Shown here in pieces: positions 1 through 6,694 of a stretch of 42,355 nt of DNA (positions are counted from its first letter, which is position 1; every line of letters starts with the position of its first letter). This DNA is from a virus. A model generated the notes under the pieces. That model was not told where the DNA came from. It did not search any database and worked only from the letters and a program-made list of their open reading frames with translations. The stretch lies in the IMG/VR virus record IMGVR_UViG_3300044560_000017; one strand, written 5' to 3'. The position numbers and the translations under genes were made by a program.

Positions 1-100
1 ACAGATGACCTTGTTGTGGTATAGCCAGACTTATTGAAGTCGCACTGGCAAACGTGTCCCCTTGGATTTAGACCCCAGCTTGTCCCCTAGGGCTTTAAAA
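1..100. repeat. Terminal direct repeat, copy 1 (identical to 42256-42355); signature of a circular contig, unit 42255 bp
   Basis: Both window edges read base by base: acagatgaccttgttgtggtatagcc...cccctagggctttaaaa, 100/100 identical. Confidence 0.9.
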
Positions 101-122
101 ATCGCACCGGCCATGATATAAT
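94..122 (+). promoter_or_regulatory. Candidate sigma-A promoter TTTAAA(94-99)-17 nt-TGaTATAAT(114-122)
   Basis: Perfect -10 hexamer with extended TG and 17-nt spacer; consensus match only. Confidence 0.45.
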
Positions 123-128
123 AGTCAT

Positions 129-185
129 TAAACAACGATGACTTTTATGTGGCGCTCACCGATTCCCGTCGGTGGGTGTTTTTTT
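129..185 (+). ncRNA. Candidate ~55-60 nt small RNA, or attenuated leader of the par operon, ending at an intrinsic terminator
   Basis: Lies between the promoter above and the hairpin cgctcaccga/tcggtgggtg (153-178, 6-nt loop) followed by T7 (179-185). The 107-aa track ORF 138..461 crossing it is AT-rich, repeat-derived and has no SD. Confidence 0.4.
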
Positions 186-204
186 GTATTCACTTACAAG
201 TACA

Positions 205-233
205 ATTGTATTTCTCTCAATAAAAGAAATCAA
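205..233 (-). promoter_or_regulatory. Candidate leftward promoter TTGATT-17 nt-TACAAT, antisense to the candidate small RNA
   Basis: Plus-strand aatcaa at 228-233 and attgta at 205-210 with an exact 17-nt spacer; consensus match only. Confidence 0.35.
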
Positions 234-244
234 CACTTTTTTAA

Positions 245-390
245 AAAATGTATACATTTTTACATTAGTACAAATACTAATGTAAAAATTAGTATTTGTA
301 TACTCATTCAAAACGCCTCTATTGCAGTCTACATAGAGCTCATGTATACATTTTTACTTTTACACACTTGTATTTGTATACATGTACTAA
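245..390. promoter_or_regulatory. Repeat array upstream of parA: candidate centromere (parS-like) / par operator
   Basis: 15-mer tgtatacatttttac occurs twice (249-263, 343-357). 12-mer gtatttgtatac occurs twice (292-303, 370-381). Perfect 12-bp inverted repeat tacaaatactaa/ttagtatttgta (269-280/289-300). Four palindromic GTATAC cores start at 250, 298, 344 and 376. Confidence 0.5.
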
Positions 391-442
391 TTTTTGTGCT
401 ATGCTTTAAGAGCATTACACTACATATTTATGAGGTGATATT

Positions 443-1249
443 TTGGATAGCAAAGTCATAACATTTTCAAACTTTAAAGGCGGGACTGGCAAGACAACTA
501 ATAGTACAATGACTGGTATCGAGTTGGCACGTCGTGGGTATAAAACACTATTAATAGATTTGGATCCTCAAGCTAACGCCACTAATTTATATTTAAAAAC
601 TAAAAATAACGTCGGCGGTGAAGTAACTTCTTTTGATGAAACCTTGATGACCGCAATTAAAAACAAAAACCTCAAACCAGCTATCATCAACGTAATCCAA
701 AATTTAGATATTCTTCCATCCTCAGCTGACTTTTCTTTATATCCTAGATATATGGAGAATATAATTTCTGACTACACCGATCGTGTAAAATACTTGTCTA
801 CCTTAATAAATCCGTGGAAAGATGACTATGACTACTTGTTGGTAGACGTTCCACCTACAATTAGCCTAATCACAGATACCGCATTATATATGACAGACTA
901 CGCGATTGTCGTTCTTCAAACTCAGGAAAGATCGCTTCAGGGTGCCCAGGCATTCATCAAATACATGCAAGATCAAATTATCAATGAATTCCACGCTCCG
1001 ACATTAGATTTACTAGGAATATTGCCGGTTTTGCTGAAAAATGGTGCCCCTGTCGATAAGAGCACCTTAGCTAAAGCAATTGATATATTTGGTAAAGAAA
1101 ATATTTTTGGCATAACAATTAAAAATATGGAACGCTTAAAACGATATGATGTAACCGGGGTGACATTTAAAGATCAGTTTGATAAAGCAGTTCAAGACGT
1201 ATACTCCAACGTTACTGATGAAATATTTAGCAGAATGGCTGGTGAATAG
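443..1249 (+). CDS. parA: ParA-family partition ATPase (small type Ib-like, 268 aa)
   Basis: Deviant Walker A FKGGTGKTT near the N-terminus, LVDVPP Walker B-like motif. TTG start preceded by GAGGTG. Confidence 0.93.
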   Translation: MDSKVITFSNFKGGTGKTTNSTMTGIELARRGYKTLLIDLDPQANATNLYLKTKNNVGGEVTSFDETLMTAIKNKNLKPAIINVIQNLDILPSSADFSLYPRYMENIISDYTDRVKYLSTLINPWKDDYDYLLVDVPPTISLITDTALYMTDYAIVVLQTQERSLQGAQAFIKYMQDQIINEFHAPTLDLLGILPVLLKNGAPVDKSTLAKAIDIFGKENIFGITIKNMERLKRYDVTGVTFKDQFDKAVQDVYSNVTDEIFSRMAGE

Positions 1250-1251
1250 GA

Positions 1252-1620
1252 ATGAGCGGATTATTAAACAATCCCAATCTAAAAAAACAACCAAAGACGG
1301 ACCCACTTGATCGTGGACAAGATATCAAACCCAAAAACACCTTTACTACAGATGATCTTAAAAGTAATAATGGCAAACCATCAAAACCGGGAAAAAGCGT
1401 TGCAGATTCTGTTACTTTTTATGCTAACGTTAGAATCAACAACCATATTAAGAACAAAGCGGAAGCTTTATCTGGAATTGGTCTATATAAATCTCAAAAA
1501 GATGCCATTGATAACGCATTAGACTATCTCATTGATTCTTTAGACGCTGAAGACAAGCGAAAATTTACTTTTCAATTAGATATTCTGGAGAGTAGAGACG
1601 CCCGAACTAGGGGAAAATAA
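1252..1620 (+). CDS. Small partner of ParA; probable centromere-binding protein (ParB/ParG/omega-like, possible RHH)
   Basis: Starts 2 nt after the parA stop. 122 aa with a basic, disordered-looking N-terminus, then a strand-helix-helix-like VTFYANVRINNHIKNKAEALS...DAIDNALDYLI. Assignment rests on position and size. Confidence 0.55.
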   Translation: MSGLLNNPNLKKQPKTDPLDRGQDIKPKNTFTTDDLKSNNGKPSKPGKSVADSVTFYANVRINNHIKNKAEALSGIGLYKSQKDAIDNALDYLIDSLDAEDKRKFTFQLDILESRDARTRGK

Positions 1621-1692
1621 TATCGCGCTCTCAGACAACACGTTCACCTTTTAGATGTATACTTGCCCGTTTAAATGAAGCAGAATGCACGC

Positions 1693-1733
1693 AAAAAAAG
1701 CCACCCACCTCGTGATGAGATGAGTGGCTTTTT
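1693..1733. terminator. Bidirectional intrinsic terminator between the convergent par operon and lysis cassette
   Basis: A7-gccacccacctc...gagatgagtggc-T5; imperfect stem flanked by an A-run and a T-run. Confidence 0.7.
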
Positions 1734-1771
1734 GGTTGTGTCGACTTTGGAGGATTAATTTAATCCTAGCA

Positions 1772-2044
1772 CTATTTACTTTTCAGTTCACGTACATCAC
1801 CTTCAACGTTGTCTAGGCGTTCGTTGATAACTTTATGCTCGCTTCTGCTAGTGATGAAATCTTCACGCAGCGTATTTTGCGAATCAAACAGCCGCTCAAT
1901 CCGCTGGCTGCTATCCTTCATGCTTTGAGCAATGTCTTGCAGCCGATCCGTAAAAGGCTTCATGACAACCATCAAAGCCGCATAGATACCCGCGACTACA
2001 GCCAAAGCCAAGGTGATTAATTCGATCCAACGATCAAAGTTCAT
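1772..2044 (-). CDS. Membrane-anchored coiled-coil protein, last gene of the lysis cassette (function unknown)
   Basis: N-terminal TM helix IELITLALAVVAGIYAALMVV followed by a charged helical tail. Its ATG overlaps the endolysin stop (TAATG). Confidence 0.6.
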   Translation of the reverse strand: MNFDRWIELITLALAVVAGIYAALMVVMKPFTDRLQDIAQSMKDSSQRIERLFDSQNTLREDFITSRSEHKVINERLDNVEGDVRELKSK

Positions 2045-2865
2045 TACTTACCACCCGACTTTCTGACCAGCTTCACGTAGTCCTTGTTAGCTGAGATGTA
2101 ACCAACAGCAGTCTTAATCCGGTACACCTTACCATGCTTAACAGCCTTACCATAAATGGTACTGCCCTTGGAGAAGTGAACACGGCGCTTATTAGCCTTG
2201 TCTAGGGCTGGCTTACCATACACGTTAACCTTACTGGCAATCACCTCGTACAGGCCGTTATCAGCCCAGTATGAGGCTTTCTTAGCAAACTTTTTAGATG
2301 TTTTCTTACCTGAAAGCTTGCCGTCAAAGTCATAACTGCAATCTACCCCGTGCCAGTTGTCGGTATATTGCCAAGCGTTGGCATTAGCTACCCCCGGTTG
2401 ACTGACACCATAAGCCGCAACCCAGATTGTCTTATTTACTAACTGGGACCGATTAATCCGACCAGCATTGAACCAGCTACCTGAGCCGTACGTAATCACA
2501 TTCTTGTACCCGTGACTAATCAGGTACCGAAGGAAGACATTAACCTGACTGGTCGTCTTCCAGGGTAAATCGGGTGCTTCAACATCGATGGCAAGTACCG
2601 TGGACTTATCTAATCCCATCCTCTTAACCCAACCCAGAAAGTATTGAGCTTCAGCCGTGCCTCGTCCATGGAAGAAGTGATAAACCCCGATAGTATCGAA
2701 TACTTTGAAGCCATTGGCAATCTGGTTACCAGCCTTGGGACTGAGATACCCGATGCCTTCGGTTAACTTAACCATAATACCTTTTGCTCCCCACTTCTTG
2801 AGCCGCTTCATGTAAGCTAAGGAATCAGCTTGGTACGAGGATATATCAACAATTTTCTTAGTCAT
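2044..2865 (-). CDS. Endolysin: GH25-type muramidase with a C-terminal SH3b-like wall-binding domain
   Basis: N-terminus IVDISSYQ...GIMVKLTEG...YHFFHG is typical of GH25 lysozymes. The C-terminal ~70 aa is SH3-like. Position is next to the holin. Confidence 0.9.
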   Translation of the reverse strand: MTKKIVDISSYQADSLAYMKRLKKWGAKGIMVKLTEGIGYLSPKAGNQIANGFKVFDTIGVYHFFHGRGTAEAQYFLGWVKRMGLDKSTVLAIDVEAPDLPWKTTSQVNVFLRYLISHGYKNVITYGSGSWFNAGRINRSQLVNKTIWVAAYGVSQPGVANANAWQYTDNWHGVDCSYDFDGKLSGKKTSKKFAKKASYWADNGLYEVIASKVNVYGKPALDKANKRRVHFSKGSTIYGKAVKHGKVYRIKTAVGYISANKDYVKLVRKSGGK

Positions 2866-3268
2866 TGATGTCAGTCCCTTCTGATGGGGTAATGACCTCC
2901 GTTGGCGCTGGGGTAACTACTGGAGCGTGATTATCCCCACCGGCAACCTTGTAAGCTTGGTAAGCAGCTTCCACCTTGGCCCCGGCCGTTTCCGTGGAAA
3001 TGCTCTTGCCGAGGTTCTGCATTGCGTTGACCACGTACTTGACGGCCTCAGCCTTGCGGTCGCTATTGGACAGCGGGGCCATGACTGCCATTTCTGCTAC
3101 GATCGCAGCCGCGTAGTTGTCCGCAATCTCAAGGTCGTGTTTGGTGCGCTCGTCCTTTTGCGTGGCGATTTTAGCTTTAATCAGTGGCCGTAGCAGTGCA
3201 TAAATGGCTGGCACTAAGGTCAGCACGAAAGTTAAAACGGAAGCAATATCAAAAGTACCTTCAATCAT
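2858..3268 (-). CDS. Holin (LL-H-like: one N-terminal TM helix plus a long soluble tail)
   Basis: MIEGTFDIASVLTFVLTLVPAIYALL TM segment. Overlaps the endolysin start. I prefer ATG 3268 (GAGAGGG SD) over the track start GTG 3277. Confidence 0.8.
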   Translation of the reverse strand: MIEGTFDIASVLTFVLTLVPAIYALLRPLIKAKIATQKDERTKHDLEIADNYAAAIVAEMAVMAPLSNSDRKAEAVKYVVNAMQNLGKSISTETAGAKVEAAYQAYKVAGGDNHAPVVTPAPTEVITPSEGTDIND

Positions 3269-3312
3269 AAATAACACCCTCTCAAAATTATTAGGTCATG
3301 CCGGCACCGGAA

Positions 3313-3462
3313 CTACTTTTGTCGGGATTGCAATACTGCGGTAAGAACGGCTTTGTCCTTTTCCAGTTCAGCAATGCGGTTAACTAAGATAGTGACGACC
3401 TGGTTAGGGTCGGCTTTAATCATGTCTGGTGCCGGTTGTTGCTCTTTAATTGGTTTCGTCAT
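3313..3462 (-). CDS. Small 49-aa ORF between the tail fibre gene and the holin (hypothetical)
   Basis: Hand-translated MTKPIKEQQPAPDMIKADPNQVVTILVNRIAELEKDKAVLTAVLQSRQK. AGGGGG SD lies 8 nt upstream. Below the ORF-track size cutoff. Confidence 0.4.
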   Translation of the reverse strand: MTKPIKEQQPAPDMIKADPNQVVTILVNRIAELEKDKAVLTAVLQSRQK

Positions 3463-6400
3463 TGCTTTTCACCCCCTTTAAGGTAGCCACGTCGTCACGC
3501 AACTTGCTAAGAACCGGGATAAGCAGAACCCACAGCTTTGAGTAGTCCACACCCTCAAGTTCACCGTCTAGTCCGTAGTACAGGAACTTGTCGAGGCCAA
3601 GCGCTTGCAAGTCCTCAGCGATAAGGCCGGGCTGCTCGGCGGTAGTAGCGTCGGGGTTCGGCTCTTTGTTCTTGCTGGCCGAGTCCACAATGTCTTGAAT
3701 TGAGGGCTTGTCAAACCAGTATTTTGGCTTGGCTTTAAGTAGCGCAGCAGATAGCGTGTCAAGGTCGTACATGTCATGAATGTCCTGCTTGTACTTGCTG
3801 GCAGAGGCAACTCGGGCAAGTCCGCCGTGAACGGTAACGTAAACGTTGGCCCCGTGAGAGTTCGTGACGTTGTAAATTGAGTTTGAGCGAACCATACTGG
3901 TTCCCGTCCCAGACTCAAGGTGCAAGTCGTCGGTGGCCCCGTCTGGCTGTACGAGCTTGGTGTGCAGTCGAGTTGGTGCGTAGACGTTTGGTGCAGTGAG
4001 TCCAACCGAGTGGCTTAGCCCGTTACGGTCAACCGTAAACACGTCGGTTCCATTAGAGTTACCGAGTGCAATTTTTAGCCCGTTCATGTAGGTGCGGCCC
4101 ACTAAGTTGCTGCGGGCGCTGTCCTGCATTTCATTCTTGATCCCGCCGGCGTTGATAATGGTCGTGGTGTAGTTGGTTCCAGTCCCATCAACCATGCTGC
4201 CAGCAGTGTTGTAACTAGCCCACGAATTTTTAGAGGCGTCGTAGTATTGCGTTTGGCCGCTAACGACAAGCTCACCTTGAGCCATTGCGACAGTCCCTTG
4301 TGCAGCGATTGGCTGGTAGAAACGTGGGTCTTGAGTAATCGAGTAAGACGACCACACAACCCCACCGTCACCGAGGGAAATTAGCGGCGCGTCAATCGAG
4401 GCCCCGGAAATGTTGGCACCAACCAACTGCTTTTGGAACGGGATAGACGACCACTTGCTTGAAAGGTATTGCTGAACGTCGTCCACGTTTTCAGCTTTTA
4501 AGGAAATCTGCGAGTCATTGACCGCGTTGCCTGTTGAACCCGCAACAGTGACGGTCTTAGTTTCGGTGTGGTATGCAGCCGGGTCACTTCCGGCGTTGGT
4601 ATCAGTACCGTAGCGCGTCCCACTGGTCAAGTCCTTAATTGGAACGTAAGCGATCCCGCCATTGTAAGCCGTGTAGTAGCACCACAGAATACCGGACTCG
4701 ATAACCTTGCCGTTGTAGGTGGCTGACAGTCCGCTATAGGTATAGGCCCGGGTCGCCGCAGTCATTGACGGCGATTGCTTAATAGGGTGCTGTCCCGACC
4801 AAGTGAACCGGCCAGAGGCAGCGACTTTGGTGCCGTCGTTAGAAACTTGCACCGTAACAGTTTTGGTAGTGCTGCCCGTCCCACCGTTCGTGCTGTCGTC
4901 GTGATAGTTCAGGTATTGCTCGGTGTCGGTCACCTTGAACCACAATGCCCCGTCGTCGGCCCCCGTTGGCTGGTTAGGTTGAAAGTAAACATTGTCAGCA
5001 AAGTAGGTCTTTGAAACGTTACCCACTTCGGTGCTGGCTTTCGTTGCCTCGTCGTGTGCGGTGTTTGCGGTGCTCTGTGCATTATCGGCAGCAATCTTGG
5101 CGGCGTTGGCGGTGGTGTTGGCAGTATTGGCCGTGCTCTTTGCAGCCGTGGCGTTCGTGTTGGCAGTGTTAGCCGTGTCCTGCGCGTTGCCAGCGGTTGT
5201 CTGTGCAGTGTCGGCAGTAGTTTGTGCAGAACCAGCTACCGTCTGTGCTTTCTCTGCCGTTGCTTGAGCACTGCTGGCAACAGTTTTGGCGTTGGTGGCT
5301 GTGGTTTCCGCACCTTTTGCAGTAGTTTGAGCAGTGTCAGCAGCAGTCTTGGCAGCCCCAGCAGTGGTGGTGGCCGAGTCCGCTTTTTTAATAGCGTCGG
5401 TCGCGTTTTTGGTGGCGTTCTCTGCTACGGTATGTGCAGAGTCGGCCGTATTGCTTGCTGAAATTGCGTCAGAATGCGCCTGTGCAACGTCTTTTTTTAG
5501 CTGTGTTAGGTCAGAGTCGACATTCAATTTCTTAGGAGTGATGGTCGAGTATTCGCCCAGAGTCAGCTCGTGCACTGAGGGGTCGGACTTGGATTTTGAG
5601 ACTTTGATAACGCGGGCGTCTACGATCATAGCCGGGTTTAAATCAAAGTCAGCAACGCGAAAGTCGTCACCGATACCGCCGCTAATATCTGACCGAATTT
5701 GAACAGTGTAGTTGTATCGAGGGTGGTTGTACATTTTGAGTTGTTTCTTGCCCCACGCAAGCAGACCGGCAGAGTTCTTGATGGTCTCAGAGGTTATGGT
5801 TCCCTCTAACCATGTTGACCCTCGGCCCTTGATGTCGTGGTTGTACTTGGCGTTGGCGTCGGGATCAGTTAAGAATGCAACACCGTTGTTGGCGTCCTCG
5901 ATGGTGGCCCCGTCGTTCCCCAACACGTACAGCTTAGTAACGAGAGCGTCGTCAACCAGTTTGCGGTCAACACCCACCAAGTCGTTGCGGTAGTCCAACC
6001 GGGTTCGTTTAGTGCTGCCGATATGGTCAGACACTTCAACAATCTGGTCGGTAACGTCGCCCACGCTGTCGAGATTTACGTAGCAGTCAACGTCTAGGTC
6101 ATAGTCCGCAGCGAGTTGCTGCAAGTAAGACTGAGCCGAGCTGCTGCCGTCGTACTCTTCCTTGAGAGTCATAATTGACTTTGAATTATACTCAAGCCGC
6201 CACCCGGATTTGGCCAGCAGGTTGGTGAATGCAGTTTCGGCATTTACCGAGTTGCTGCTGAACGCCGTCGGGATAGTCCGGGCAAGTTTCCACTCACAGA
6301 GGTTCTGAGCGTCAAAGCTAAATGACTGGTCAGTTTCTTTGCTGCTCTGGTCAATATTCATCATGCGCATAACATAATGCTTTTGGTTTTCAGAGTCGTA

Positions 6401-6679
6401 GTAGAGCAAGTGGTTGCCAGGTACGATGTTCTGAGCGTCCGGGGCATTACTTGGCACGGTGATACCAGTAATGGTGTGGTCGTAGGTCTTTTTATTCGCA
6501 GCCAAGTTGATGGTGTTGAACGTGTCTTTGAGGTCTTCCCAAGCAAAGGCACTGTCGTCCTCGGCAATGCTTTGGTCGATGGTATCGCCCCAAAATGGGG
6601 TTCCCGCTCGTACATGGTTACTCAGTAACCCAATACGCCGCAGTTGATTATCTAAAATAATATATTCGTCGTCGCGCAT
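3446..6679 (-). CDS. Tail-associated lysin-position protein / receptor-binding fibre (Tal-like N-terminus, Ala/Thr repeat stalk, SH3b-like insert, C-terminal S74 intramolecular-chaperone domain)
   Basis: Position directly after Dit. C-terminal SASKYKQDI...GLIAEDLQALGLDKFLYYG...VDYSKLWVLLIPVLSKL matches the auto-cleaving chaperone pattern of phage fibres. Confidence 0.85.
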   Translation of the reverse strand: MRDDEYIILDNQLRRIGLLSNHVRAGTPFWGDTIDQSIAEDDSAFAWEDLKDTFNTINLAANKKTYDHTITGITVPSNAPDAQNIVPGNHLLYYDSENQKHYVMRMMNIDQSSKETDQSFSFDAQNLCEWKLARTIPTAFSSNSVNAETAFTNLLAKSGWRLEYNSKSIMTLKEEYDGSSSAQSYLQQLAADYDLDVDCYVNLDSVGDVTDQIVEVSDHIGSTKRTRLDYRNDLVGVDRKLVDDALVTKLYVLGNDGATIEDANNGVAFLTDPDANAKYNHDIKGRGSTWLEGTITSETIKNSAGLLAWGKKQLKMYNHPRYNYTVQIRSDISGGIGDDFRVADFDLNPAMIVDARVIKVSKSKSDPSVHELTLGEYSTITPKKLNVDSDLTQLKKDVAQAHSDAISASNTADSAHTVAENATKNATDAIKKADSATTTAGAAKTAADTAQTTAKGAETTATNAKTVASSAQATAEKAQTVAGSAQTTADTAQTTAGNAQDTANTANTNATAAKSTANTANTTANAAKIAADNAQSTANTAHDEATKASTEVGNVSKTYFADNVYFQPNQPTGADDGALWFKVTDTEQYLNYHDDSTNGGTGSTTKTVTVQVSNDGTKVAASGRFTWSGQHPIKQSPSMTAATRAYTYSGLSATYNGKVIESGILWCYYTAYNGGIAYVPIKDLTSGTRYGTDTNAGSDPAAYHTETKTVTVAGSTGNAVNDSQISLKAENVDDVQQYLSSKWSSIPFQKQLVGANISGASIDAPLISLGDGGVVWSSYSITQDPRFYQPIAAQGTVAMAQGELVVSGQTQYYDASKNSWASYNTAGSMVDGTGTNYTTTIINAGGIKNEMQDSARSNLVGRTYMNGLKIALGNSNGTDVFTVDRNGLSHSVGLTAPNVYAPTRLHTKLVQPDGATDDLHLESGTGTSMVRSNSIYNVTNSHGANVYVTVHGGLARVASASKYKQDIHDMYDLDTLSAALLKAKPKYWFDKPSIQDIVDSASKNKEPNPDATTAEQPGLIAEDLQALGLDKFLYYGLDGELEGVDYSKLWVLLIPVLSKLRDDVATLKGVKSNDETN

Positions 6680-6694
6680 AATCTCGCAACCTTT

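Noticed and set aside
1-100. The 100-nt terminal repeats interpreted as attL/attR of an integrated prophage
   Set aside because: The repeats coincide exactly with the window edges, no host genes flank them and no integrase is present. Assembly overlap of a circle is the simpler reading. Only read-level data can settle this.
31-114. 27-aa minus-strand ORF (MAGAIFKALGDKLGSKSKGTRLPVRLQ) as a type I toxin
   Set aside because: It has no SD and the peptide is hydrophilic and basic rather than a hydrophobic membrane helix. I kept only the antisense-RNA architecture as a hypothesis.
138-461. 107-aa plus-strand ORF upstream of parA
   Set aside because: It lies entirely in the AT-rich repeat array and terminator region and has no SD. 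Its sequence is dominated by the translated repeats and it overlaps the parA SD and start. I treat this stretch as regulatory DNA.
5040-5470. Tal repeat region as the variable region of a diversity-generating retroelement
   Set aside because: There is no reverse transcriptase, no template-repeat copy elsewhere in the window and no adenine-specific mismatch pattern.
5031-5702. Plus-strand ORFs antisense to the Tal repeat region, and similar antisense ORFs in the TMP gene (for example 11105..11851, 12614..13033, 17372..18043)
   Set aside because: They are low-complexity mirror images of repetitive or GC-rich coding sequence. They have no SD and are fully embedded in well-supported structural genes.
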